Below, piece by piece: positions 13,289-25,660 of a stretch of 64,000 bases of DNA. Origin of the DNA: Phoronis australis. Lineage: Eukaryota > Animalia > Phoronida. Positions within the stretch are counted from its first letter, which is position 1, and each line of letters opens with the position of its first letter. Both the position numbers and the translations under genes were made by a program. The DNA lies in NCBI GenBank assembly GCA_002633005.1, contig NMRA01000048.1, forward strand, positions 624,303 through 688,302. The letters are read 5' to 3'. The notes under the pieces are model-generated. The model was not told the DNA's origin. It made no database searches and saw only the letters and a list, made by a program, of their open reading frames with translations.

Positions 13289-14457
13289 TTTTTATGCGCC
13301 CACATATTTATATGTGGATGGTTTATGCCGTTATCCCTGTCTGTCCAGCATCCGTCTGGCATCCGCTGCTCTATCTCCTCAACCCTTTGACTATGTTCAT
13401 GAAATTTTGCACATGTGTTCCTTTCGTGGATGGTATGACATAAGTGAACTGTCAGACAGGTTCAACTACTGATGTGCCCCCTAATGGCAATTTTAGTTTT
13501 TTACGTTTACCTCCGTATCTTCAAAGGTCCTCAACGGATTTTCATAAAATTTGGCATACCGTATAGGCATCTATTGGTCAGACGAAGCTATCCTCTGGTT
13601 TTCGGATGGATTCGAGGTATTTTGCACCACCTAGTGGCCATTTTTACTGTTTTTTAGTGTTTTTTTGGCATCCGCCCCACTATTCACCAAACCATTCTTA
13701 GGCTGATTTTGAAAATTGGCGTTTATGTTCTCAGTGTGAAGAGGATGGTTGAGGATGACGACTTTGACTACTGTGGTGCCTCTTGGTGGCAATTTTGTTT
13801 TGCGCCATAGCTGTATCTCCTAAACCTACTGCAGGATCTCTATTAAATTTAGTTAATTTCATTTTTTTTCATTTTTCTTTTTGTTTCTCTGAAGTACCTT
13901 GACAGATTTTTATGAAATTTAGTAAAGAGCTTTCTATTAAAGAAATGATAGCAAGTTCCGGTTTTCAGATGGATTGTGCCAACTGGTGGCCATTTTTATG
14001 AGACACATAAACAACCCTCGAAGCACACCGTTTGCTGTGCATTTGTGGGCCCATTTCAATTCCGTTTTGCTCTTGCATGAAATTTTGGTAAATAGCTTTC
14101 TATTAAAAACTGATGGCATTTCCCGTATCCACATGGATTTGTTGTTTTTTTTTGCGCTATCTAGTGGCTATTTTTATGATGCAAATAAACAACCCTAGAA
14201 GCGCATTGTTGCGGTGCATTCGTTTGCACATTTCAATGCTCCGTGTTAATATTGCATGGTAAGTAGCTTTCTATTAAAAAGTGATGGTATATCCCCTATC
14301 CGCATGGTAAGTAGCTTTCTATTATGGTATATCCCCTATCCGCATCAATTTGTTTTTTTTTTGCACTATCTAGTGACTATTTTTATGATACAACCCTAGA
14401 AGCACACGGTTTGCGGTGAATTCGTGGGCGCCTTTCAATGCTCCACATTGTTCTTGT
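13289..14457 (+). mobile_element. Helentron/HINE-like element copy
   Basis: Same 5' TTTATGCGCCCACATATTTATATGTGG and repeat units; the 3' module (GAAGCACAC...GGGCGC..TTCAATGCTCC..TTG.TCTTG) occurs three times. Confidence 0.75.
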
Positions 14458-16001
14458 CAGATGAGTCAGGACTTCTCTGTTGCCTCATAGTGGCGTATTT
14501 GAATCTGTTGCTGTATCTCTTAAGCACCTTGTGGGGTCTTGTGTAAAATGTGGCAAGTTTATTCCTATGAACTTGGACGAATCTCGACTAACAAAAATGA
14601 ATATGCCCCCTAGTGGCATTGGATTTTTTACATTTACCTCTGTATTTTTGGAGCTTCTAAACGCATTTTCACAAAATTTGCAAACAGTTTTCAAGTAACT
14701 AGGGCTTGACTTCCCATTTTTGGACAAGTTCATTGTATTGTGAACTATCAAGTGGCCAACAACACCCCCAGAAGCATACCTTTTATGTTGCAGTCGTGGA
14801 TGTATTTCAAGGCTTTGCATAGTTTTCGTCTTGATTTGCATCAGTTTGACTATAATAATGAAATGTTGCTTCATTACTTGCCCAAGAATTTAAAAATACA
14901 CCTCAGCATATGCTGGTGATTTGTTACTTGTTCTGGACTTCAGACTTTAACGACTCAACAGACCGTTGCTTGCCTGGTCAGAGTCAGTGACCTGTCAGAC
15001 AAAAGTTTGTGACCTGGACTGCAGCAGGTGTCATTTCTGTGTATTTTAGATGAGTTCATAAAATTTGTAATAGAATCAAAAGCTCATCCCACCAACTGCC
15101 CGATCCAATTATCTCCTCACTATGCTAACATCAGACCAGCTGCTGACCTTAGGTGCAGACTAATCCAACGGCAATATCATAGTGCACTCTTTGGCTAACA
15201 TGGAGTCTTTAGGTGACTCAAAAAGGATTGTCGCTACCTATGATGTTGCCATCAGTTGTTAACCATCATGATCATCCGAATGTGTCTCACATCAACTAAT
15301 TGGAGTTGTTGTTTGCTCATGATGTCAGCTTGCCATAATCTACTTAGTTTTGTCTGTTTAGCTAAAGTTTTGCTTGTGAACTGACGCGTTGTAACTTAGT
15401 TTTCAAATCATAATTTAAGGATGTTTGCTTATGTTTGCTTTTAATTTGTAACAGAGTAAATGACATTGTGGCATTGTATTGTTAGCATTGAATCTTCTTT
15501 AAGTGAGTATAAGCCCGCCTTTTGCTTAGGAAACTAATTTTATTTAGATCACTTATCGCTAAAAATTATAAGATGTTTTCTAAGCTTGGAAAGAACTGAC
15601 TATTCCTTGTTGCGGCAGTCTATGCGCAGGGCATAAATTGTACTATCGTCAACTTATTGTCTCAAACAGTAGTGAACTGTGAGTTGAGCTTCCGAAGCCC
15701 AGAATAGCTTCTAATTTCATCAAGGAACACAGTTTTACATGCTAAAAGTAATGACCAAATTCAGTTGTCCTCTCATGACGTAATGAACAGTAATGATGAG
15801 TCATTCTAGCTACTCAGATGACAACTTCCACTTGAACTCAGCCTTTAATTCATTTTGTTTGATTATTTTTGATGTGTTCTGTAATCGGGATGGTAAGTGA
15901 TCTCCATGAAAAGTTAGTTTTGTATAGAAGGAGTGTTTATAACAGCTCTAAGTAGGGCACTCTGTGTTTATATTTGGCAAACTGCATTGTTTTCATTTCA
16001 G

Positions 16002-16066
16002 TACATCCATTTCTGTATTGAGTTAGCAAATTCAAAGTTAGAAGAAAACTTCAACAGAATACGAAG
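16002..16066 (+). CDS. TYW3: TYW3 internal exon
   Basis: AG/GT bounded, 65 nt, YIHFCIELANSKLEENFNRIR; phase-2 end matches next exon. Confidence 0.9.
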
Positions 16067-18329
16067 GTACGCTGCTGTCATCTTATTTTATAATGTCCTT
16101 AACTTAGTGCATCGAAGTTATGTGAGGTACTAGAATTGAGTCTTGTTTTTTTACGTATGCATTGATTTTTTAAAATTTTCAGATTGTAAACCTGAATGTG
16201 ACAAGGAGTCTTTGCACATCACAAATTCTCTATTCTGTAATTCTCTAGTGACAGTTCTTTCCTGCTTACAGGTTATTTTGGATGAAAAGCTGTGGTTATG
16301 GTTTGTCATGAGTCTGTTGTTGTCTATCCGCATAATGTTATACATTAGATATTTTGGCTTTAATATTTCTACGCTAAAATTGACATTAGCCAATCTTCAC
16401 TAGCTGGATCCTGTGCTTTGCACAGTTACTAGCTAGTGTAAGGGAATCAGCTTTAGCCAGTTTACGCTAGACATGGGAAGTTGCCCTGATGAAACATGCT
16501 TCAGTTAACAAACAAAATATCACCTAAAAGCTGTGCTGTTATCAATACTTTTAAGTATTATTTGCTATAATTGTCACCCGTTTTTTTCCTTATCGAATTT
16601 AATTTTTTTGTTAAATCCCATTGTTATAGTTATTTCACCATACACAAATGTGATCTATGTGAAAGTTTATTTGCCCCACCTTAAACCCACTTGCCCCACC
16701 TTAAACCCACTTGCCCCGTTTAGTGGGAATGTTCATTGCATGAGCCTGGGTAGATTTCAGTAATGCTTGTACCTCACAAAAAATCTAGCCAAAATCAGTG
16801 TTTTTCTCATTTAAAATACACGGCAACATCTCACCTAATCTTGCGAAGTCTTGCTTTTCAACGATGTCCTAGCGTTACTGAAATTACGGCGGGTTTGCCA
16901 GTGCTTCCATCAGGTTTGAGTAACATGCAACATACAGGCATTTTTGCTGTAACAAAGAATGCCTGCCAGGCCGAGTCCAGTTACGTATTTCTGAGAGGTT
17001 TGGATTTTCACTGAGTGTTATGTGACATGACACACACAACAACATGAAAGTGTCACGCATGAAGATATGAATGGGATTCTAGACGTGACCAATCTTATTT
17101 GATTACTTGAAAACTTTTAACCATTAAAAGAAAGTGTCCTGTGGGAGTATGTCATTCAGTACCAGTCCAAAGTGGCAAAAGGTTGACCCAGATAAGCATT
17201 AACACCTGACCTGATGCGGGAAACCCCGAACACTTGAAACTGTCTTTGCAATTTAATTTGAATCCAAAATATAAAATGTGATTTTTTACTGGTTATGACT
17301 ATAATATTCCGCAACAGGACTTATTCCTCATCAGGGCTTAACGCCAAAATGAATGATTATAATGGGAAACATGAAACTTTTAGGCAGTTGACTCTGTGGG
17401 CTAGTAGTTGTAAGCCTACGCCGGAGTCAAAGGAAAACCTGACTGCCTGGGCCTTGGTTCGCTTTTCACAAAAAGTGGTTTTACATGATTGTGTCTTTGG
17501 CTCTGCACTAAAGACTGTAATAAAGGTTATGATCTTGGCCACTTAACTCTAATATAAATTAAAGTACTTTTCACGGGATGCCAAAGCAAGGAACTCTCAC
17601 CCCGTCATCATGGTTTCTTAGTAGGTCTCAGCATGCGACCGCAGCACACAGATTATGCCTACGCGGCGGCGAATGGGTACACATAAAATACCATTGACAG
17701 TAGTTTCTTTGAATTCTCTTGCCGCCAAATGTTGAGCTCGTGGCGAAAACGGTAAACGCAGGCCGCAGAGGAATACCCCCGAAATGTGTTTAGCTTCGAG
17801 AAAGTAGCGCGTACGCTGGATCGACTGAGGCCACAAATCATTAAGACAAAGAAAAAAACAACACGCCGGAGATTTGCGGCCACAGAACCCATTGCTTTTC
17901 CGTCGCGGTAACAATTGGGAAGGAGGCGTCGGGCTGGGGCAGGTGTCCTCGCGGCCACTCTCGAGAAGTTTCTGTCTGACGGTGTCGAACGGCAGTTGCC
18001 CACTCAACATCCAGGTCCGAACTTAGCGTTTTATTAATAGATAACTCATCTGTTGAGCTGGACTACGGTACCTTTTGTAAGCTGTGGGAGCATCGTGCTC
18101 CCTGGTTGTGGAATGGTGGAATGATTTGAATGGCGGAGAAGGTGGAGCTTCCTGCTGTGCTCTTGCAAGATTTGATCGATAGTAATGTTCCAAGGAGTAT
18201 AAAGCAAACCTGCCACCTCCATGTCTATTGAGTGACAGATTCAATGCCTTACAGTGTTCCTACAATGGATTTTTGTGCTTTTTGAGGTTTTGCACCGTGT
18301 ATGATAATTTTATAACACAAAATCTAACT

Positions 18330-18720
18330 CAAGTACTTAGATTGGGAAATAATTGTTATTGAGGGTTTTGAATTTCAAAGAAAGGGTTATGACTTTGATT
18401 TCCCACCATTGTCATCATGGAAGACATCCATTAGTTGACAGTATGTATCCAATGGCGTATAGTAGTGATTTTGTAAGTTACGAAGACTAATAGCTAGCGA
18501 GCTTGACGAATATTATCAAGACAGGTGTGGAGGTGGGGATGAAGACCACATTTGGGCCATAAGTGAAACAGTAATGAGTTAGACCTCGCCATATCGGCAG
18601 ACTTAATTTGCATGTTTGTAGCCCTTGAATTGATCTCTTGCTCCACCCTGTACTGCCATACCGTGTCCAACGCATGAACCTTTGCCATTACGTTTGGAAA
18701 CGCGAAAATTGAAATATTGT
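18330..18720 (-). pseudogene. Highly decayed LINE (L1/Tx1-like) endonuclease-region relic
   Basis: Frameshifted motifs resembling D.WR....FT.....RLD and P.WKF; no intact ORF. Confidence 0.3.
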
Positions 18721-20129
18721 CTTTCCGCTCTTACTGCATCCTCCGCACATACAACTTTCCATAATACTCAGTCCAACTCAAGTTTAGATACCACTACGGC
18801 TGGCTTGTTGCTGGTGTAGAACAACACAATAACAGAGACCAGACCCACTCATGACATTACACTAAAATTTTATTAATTTTTGCGTTTATTTCTTGATTAA
18901 AAGTACGCAAATTGAAGAAGAAATACTTGAAAAATCATACCAAAATTGTTGGTAACCGAATTCAAACATATATGGTGTGAAGGGATTAACGAAGGTAGCT
19001 TCCTTGAGAACACAGCGGGGTGCTACACCTCTCTTGCTATTCTAACCTTTTCACCATTCCTCAAGAAGGGAGTAGGACACTCCTGAGGGATTAAGGATTT
19101 TTATTAAGTACCATAGTCAATTGAACATATCCCTAGTTGTCTCGAGCTGTACCTCAAGATTATTGCTTGATTATTCCATTATGAACAAAAATGACAAAAT
19201 GGAAATGAAGCAATGAAATTAGGGTTGATTTGATAATTATAGCACTCCATCAATAGTCGGTCAAGCAGACAACCGGAAATTCACAGTGCAAATTCTCACA
19301 GCCATGCAGTCCCGTGAAATCTCAGGATCTCAAAGTTTAACACTAGAATGCACGGGTCATGGGTGGGAGTTGGCATTTCAGTCCAAGAGTTCTATGCTCA
19401 AAGGTACAAGGGTTCTTTGGAGGAGTTAAAATTCTGATGAAACAGGTGGGGAAATTAAATTGGGATTGGGCGGTAAGCTGCATTGTCGGTACTCAAAGTG
19501 CTTAAAATCACCAATTTTGTGTCAAAGACACCAAAAAAACCAACCCCATCATTTGATCAACTGTCAAATTACAACACCCGCAAACATGATCTGATGATAT
19601 GCTTATTAGCTGATCTCTATTTACGATCACTTATTGATTGATACACATTTACCTCACAGCTGCAGTAGTCATTCTTCATTGTGTTTAGTATGAAAAGTCA
19701 TCAGATAATGCTGCTCATTTTCCCATGGCCTTATGAAGTTGCTTGTTTTTGGGATATTGAATTCTTGATTATGACATGCTGTGCTATAAAGGATGGTTTA
19801 ATGATGTTGTCAAGGTAGTCACTTATCAAAACAAGGTAAATGGTGTTTTTTACTATGAAAATTTTGAAAGTTTAGGGTGGAAAGTTTGCCTAGCATGGAC
19901 GTTGACTGGAATGAATGTAGTACTGCCGTGTATTTAAGTAAAACGAACGACTTTTAACAAGAGTGAACTTGTACATTAGGATGCGGCCATATTGGTAACT
20001 ACGAAACTGTATTACAGGTTTTACTAAATGCCGGGTAATCCTATCACACCCCCCTTACTTAGATGAAAATCCTGTAAAATGTCCCTTTAACTGTAGAGTC
20101 TGAAATTGAACAAAACTTGACGTGAGTGT

Positions 20130-20495
20130 CAACCAAACTTCTCTAGTGATGGTTGTGGAAATTGGCATGTATGTTGTTCCTAATGTGAAGAGAAGGTCTG
20201 ATGATGACTTCTGACAACTTCATATACTGGGGCACCTCCTAGTGGCAGTTGTTTTTTGCGCCCATAGCCTCCTAATGGCAATTTCATTTTTTTCATTTTC
20301 CTTGGATTCTAAAAGTTCCTCGATGGATTTTTATGAAATTTTGTAAATAGCTTTGATGACACATACAAGTTTTTGGATGGATTCAACGTATCTTGCACTA
20401 TCTTGTGGTCGTTTTTATGATTCCGATAAACCCTCCAGAAGCACAGCGTTTATGGCGCATTCGTAGGTGTATTTCAATGCTACATTGCTCTTGTC
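20130..20495 (+). mobile_element. Helentron/HINE-like 3' fragment
   Basis: GGCACCTCCTAGTGGCAGTT unit and 3' end TTTCAATGCTACATTGCTCTTGT shared with the other copies. Confidence 0.6.
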
Positions 20496-20905
20496 TTGAC
20501 AGGTGTGTTCCTACTGAGAGAGCATTGCTCACTTTCTATACAATCCTACTTTGATTTTTCTAACATTGCTCCCTTTAGTGGGAATAGTAATTACGCCTTA
20601 AATTTGCGTCACATATATTCGATGCTCACGGTGGACGCATATCAACGCTTCAGGATAGTCTTGTTTAAGTTTTAATGCATTGCCAGCATTTACTGATTGC
20701 AGTTATCTCCGAGATGTACTTCTCTTTCTGACATTTAATATTTCTGTTTCAAAATATTTTTGAGTACCGTACTTGTCCGCATTACCGCACAGGGCGCTTA
20801 AATTAGGAATCTAAAAAACGGGGTGGGCGGTAAGCCGAGCATGGGCCGTGTTCTTGGTGAGAATGAGCATGGTATTTGAATTACTGAACAGGTATTGTTT
20901 TTCAG

Positions 20906-21134
20906 GTTCAAGCACCTGTACATTTCAATGTTAGAAGAGAGGAAAGAAAAGCTAGGAAAAAGACATTGCTGTAATACTACAAGAGATGGTATTGAAAAAA
21001 GTGTATGGCACAATGAGCAAAGACTATCTCCAACAGTGCATACAAGCACAACAGAAACCCTTGATGTAGTGAAAAAAGTTGAAAGGGTGAAATTGGAGGA
21101 TGGTACCACATCACCTTTATTTTCTAACATATAG
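20906..21134 (+). CDS. TYW3: TYW3 terminal coding exon
   Basis: TTTTTCAG acceptor, phase-compatible (R|FKHLYISMLEER...), TAG at 21132-21134; C-terminal tail is poorly conserved. Confidence 0.75.
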
Positions 21135-21190
21135 CAATGACTTGTTTGCTGTGTCAGTGATTTAAAGGTATGTGTTAACAAAAGCTGATT

Positions 21191-21345
21191 TTAGTGTTCA
21201 TCATACATGTATTAGTGTTCATCATACATGTATTAGTGTTCATCATACATGTATTAGTGTTCATCATACATGTATTAGTGTTCATCATACATGTACTTGT
21301 GTTCATCATACATGTATTTGTGTTCATCATACATGTATTTGTGTT
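21191..21345. repeat. 21-bp minisatellite, ~7 copies, in presumed TYW3 3' UTR
   Basis: GTGTTCATCATACATGTATTA tandem units. Confidence 0.95.
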
Positions 21346-22670
21346 TTTCATGACTGGAGTTAATTAAAAAGTGCTGGAGAAAAGTGACTATATTTCATTT
21401 CCAAGGGATAGCATTGTAAAAGGTCATTATTCCAAATACCATTCTTAAGAAAGATCTAATGTGCCGTCACCCCCCTCCCTTTTGTTCAGTATCCACTGTC
21501 GTATCTTCAAACCCCTTTGACATATACTCCTAAAATTTTGCAGGCATGTTCTTATCATGGATGGGACAGCACCAACTGACTTTTGGTCATCCCTGAGCAT
21601 CCAGTGTCCGCCGCTTTATCTCCTAAACCCCTTGGAGGGTTGTAATGAAACTTGAAAGATGTGTACCTATGAAGATACAACTTTCAGATGAATACCACTG
21701 ATAGATTTCTATTATGGAAACAACGATGTCTTCCCTTATGTAGACAGATTTGACGTATTGTGTTTGTATTGTCTGTAACTTGATTTGTAGGATCATTCAG
21801 CAACAATTCAATATTGAATGAGTNNNNNNNNNNNATAACTATTTTAGCTTTTCCTCAGTCTAAAAATGAAATCACAGCTCTTGCCCACCGACCAACCAAA
21901 TTCACTGCTTGCACTCTCTCGTTGACTACACTAGCCATCTTAGTTGTCTTCACAGGTGTTCCATTACAATTACAAGCTAACTATCGAAATTGGTGCATTT
22001 CCGCGAATAGCAGTTTTCCGGTTAGTGTACTGCTCCTGGAGTAAAGTAGTTCGGCATGCACTGGGCCATAAGTGCTGTTTTAAAAATATTGATATCTAAT
22101 TTAGTCACTGTGTGTTGTTCATAGATGTTTCAATGTAGCTTAGTTAGTATATTAAAAGAATAATCCACGTGATATTGTTAACTCTGATCAGCGTTTGTAA
22201 ATCACCGAGTATATCAATACGCACAGTCGTTTATCTTCAATCAAACCCAATGTTTTTGTAGTTTTTTAGCTTAATTGTTCATCGATTCTTAAAAATCGAA
22301 AACCAAACTTGGTTGTTTTTTCCATCTGAATATCGCTGTGATATTTGTTTTTAACGAAAACTGTAGGTTAATGAAGTTTGTAAATTCGCCAGTGTGTACA
22401 AGCAGAGGTGTTTACTACAGATTATGGTTGGGTAATTACACTTAATTGCGTCTTGCTCGCTCCGGACAATGCGGTCATTGCATTCGAGTCCGACTTTGGT
22501 GCCGCGCTCTCTTTGATCCTGGTAAAAGCCGCTCCGAAGGACAAGCAGTGAAAAGTCGCGCATATTTTTAGAAATGCGTGACTTTCGTGTAAGTGTGTTA
22601 TTCAGGGCATGTGAATAGTGACCTCAAGATTCTGGAATTCCTTTGCATGTTATGTGGTGGTGCAGGAATC

Positions 22671-22778
22671 AAAGTATGAACACAGTAGATAGGCAAGGGT
22701 CAGCCTAAAGTATGAACACAGTAGATAGGCAAGGGTCAGCCTAAAGTATGAACACAGTAGATAGGCAAGGGTCAGCCT
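22671..22778. repeat. 36-bp tandem repeat x3
   Basis: AAAGTATGAACACAGTAGATAGGCAAGGGTCAGCCT, three perfect copies. Confidence 0.95.
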
Positions 22779-22799
22779 AGTCTCATGACCAAGATCATC

Positions 22800-24271
22800 T
22801 GGTGTCAACTCCACGATTTTCAAGTGGTTGATGTTCTTGGCATAGATAAAGCCACATTTCGCTCTTTACAGTTGGATTGAGCCTCTTGCTCTTATAAAGT
22901 CGATCTCATAATATTTGTAATGCTGATAGGAGTCTTTTCACATTAACTTGAAGTCACAGGCACTGCATAATGCAGTGACTTTGGCACAAACTTTTCTGTC
23001 ACTTTCTAATACCAAGTTCCATTGAAATTTCTGGTTGTTTTTGCTACCATTCTCATTGACAGATCAATAACTTGATATTGTATTCTTTTCAGATGAGTAT
23101 ATCATCTTCTTTCGGATTGTTTTCTCAGATACCACAATTGAAGTTACCAGTCATCATTCTGCTTGATCACAACATATTCTGTTTTATGTAGGATTTTTCT
23201 AGACATTGTGCAAGTATGTAGGAAATTTACAGTTCCTCAAGAATTGAATAGAAAGCAGGCACACTTTGAAACTTTTATTCATCATGTACACCAATACAAG
23301 GATGTATAATCCAATGAGGCTTGAGAAATTGCCCTTTCTATTACTGGGGTTATTAAAGAATACAGTGAAATAAAAACAGATACACTTAACTGGGTTACCC
23401 TATCCATTGCTATAAAGTGGCATTTCTTTAAATTACTTTAAAGTCACTAATGGCATAAATAATTGTAATTCAAACCGTTTGATAATTATAAACATAATAT
23501 CAGAACTAATTTTGAATTAAGATAACTTTCTGAATTATGTATTCCCTTTAATTACCATCAAGCCTTTGGAAAGACTACAGTCTCAGTATGTGTGACATGA
23601 AATTTAGTCCCTTTGAGTTAATAGTAATTCAACCTTTAAATTAATATCACATCCTTACTTCCAAAGCAAAATTTCACTAACTTTAATTGCCTTCACTAAA
23701 AAAACAAATTTATCTCTGGAGAACTTCCATAACTTTGACCTAAAGTGATACTAACTTTCTTGCTGAAATTTTCAACCACTGAGAATTGTGTTTCGCTTCT
23801 TAATTTTCCATTGCCTATTAAAATCTTCGACTTGTCCTGGAATAAATCCATCTTTGTGATCATTGGCTGAGGTTTACTAAGGGTTTATGCAGCCAGTCCT
23901 ATGAGCCCACTCAATATTTATTTCTGGTATTCTAGATGGTTTTTTTACTATTAACTTAACTACAGTTTCCATGCACTTCTTTCCATGGTTCAGAATTTAC
24001 CCCAGGAATGGCCTTGAAAAATTAAGTTGTCCTGTCTGGACCTGTTGTCTAATTCATCCACCATGTTTTCTAAGCCACCTGTTGTCTCAACCCAACATTT
24101 TCCTGCTTAATTTGTGTGTATTGTCGACTTAGAGATCCATCTGACAAAACTCTCACATTTTCAAATTTTGCATTCATTTGCTCTAGGAGTTCTCTGTTAG
24201 ATATCTCAGGTCGATTATATTCAGGTTGGGCTGGTTGCGCAAACTGGTCCCTGATCTGCGTAAGTAACCCT
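22800..24271 (-). pseudogene. Old LINE relic (ORF1-like plus decayed endonuclease region) that received the LTR nest
   Basis: LENMVDELDNRSRQDNLIF(Q)GIPG...IEWAHR resembles the LINE ORF1 RSRRNNL/RAHR motifs; heavily frameshifted. Confidence 0.55.
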
Positions 24272-24276
24272 ACAGC

Positions 24277-24463
24277 TGTTATGTTTCTATGTTAATTGGT
24301 TTCGGACCAAAGATGAAGAGTGATAAGAATGTGACTAAGGCATATAATATTGAGAGTACATGAAACCATAAACCTGAACAGGAAGTGCTAGGTAACAGAG
24401 CATGCGTAATATACTAAGATACTGGTAGCGACATCTTGAGTTACTACTGACCATAATGTAACA
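24277..24463 (-). repeat. 3' LTR of element A
   Basis: Direct repeat of 46373-46563; purine tract adjacent on the minus strand. Confidence 0.93.
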
Positions 24464-24609
24464 TCCTGCTTACACTATGAAACACTATTTTAATTTTAAA
24501 ACTATGATAACTGGTCCTAACTCTAAGACAATGGGTGGACTATCATTGTCTGGACAGTCAAACGGGGATTATTCTGCCCCAACGGTTTGACTGCTTGTAA
24601 CTACATTTC

Positions 24610-25660
24610 TGTTGTAGTTGCTTCATTAAGCAGCCAACAAAACATCGTGAGTTCCGGTACAGAATTTTATTTCGAAACTGAACTGCTAGCGACCTCTATA
24701 GGTCAAGATATACAACACTCCTCTACACTAAAATGAATGTCCTTATAAAACAAATACACGAGATAAACTCTCCAAGGTTGCTTGAGGTTCTAAAAAGTTC
24801 ATAAAACGTTAACTACTTGAAGAAAAGTTTTAAAGATTGTCACAACTAAATCACAGATCCAGTCTTACCGGTGCCTTCCTCATCCAGCTTGGGTAGCGTC
24901 GCTCAGGTTGGGATGTTTGAGGGACGTATTCCGGCTGAGGATGTTGAGCAATTGAGGGTTGCGGCAGTGGTACAGAAATGGACGCGGGACACGGCACAGC
25001 TGGTGATTCTATAGATGGCTCGACACGGGTCGCAATTGTCGGCTGTTCTATTTGAAAATCAGCAGTACGCAGTTGATCCGCACGCCGGCGCCAATGAGCA
25101 TCCGGTGATTTTTGTACCTTGTACGATACCGGCCCAGTTCTTTCCTTAACTACTCTAGGCACCCACTTGTTTCCGGGTCTATAGTTTCTAACGGCAACGT
25201 GCTCACCGAGTTCAAAACTTCTTTCGTTTGCTGGTTTCACCATTCGTTCTTGGTTAAGTTCAATGGTTGCTCTCAAATTTGGCCTGACTAAGTTCAGTGT
25301 CGTGTTCAGCATGCGACCCATCAGGAGCGTTGCTGGGGCCTGACCAGTTGATGAGTGCGGTGTGTTACGGTACGTCAATAAGAAGTCATACAGTTTTCTT
25401 AGGAAAGTGCCTTTGTCGCACTTTGAAGCCTCGATGGCCGACTTAAAGGTTCCCACAAATCTCTCGGCCAATCCATTCGTTCTAGGATGATACGGCGCTG
25501 AATGTATCAGGCGAATTCCGTTTCGTTTGAGTTGATCCCATCGTCGCCAATATGTCGTATTTGCTTCATTAAGCAGCGAACAAAACATCGTGAGTTCCGG
25601 TACAGAACTTTATTTCGAAACTGAACTGCTAGCGACCTCTATAGGTCAAGATATACAACA
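24610..25660 (-). mobile_element. Gypsy mini-element C (LTR-PBS-integrase C-terminus-PPT-LTR)
   Basis: 108-bp LTRs 24610-24717 and 25553-25660; TSD ATTTC; PBS TGGCGACGA---TGGGAT (tRNA-Ser-GCU-like) at 25535-25549; ORF 24851-25588 carries SAPYHPRTNGLAERFV and the GPVSY motif. Confidence 0.93.

Noticed and set aside
21191-22778. CRISPR-like array (also 62933-63070)
   Set aside because: Head-to-tail minisatellites without unique spacers; eukaryotic context; no cas genes.
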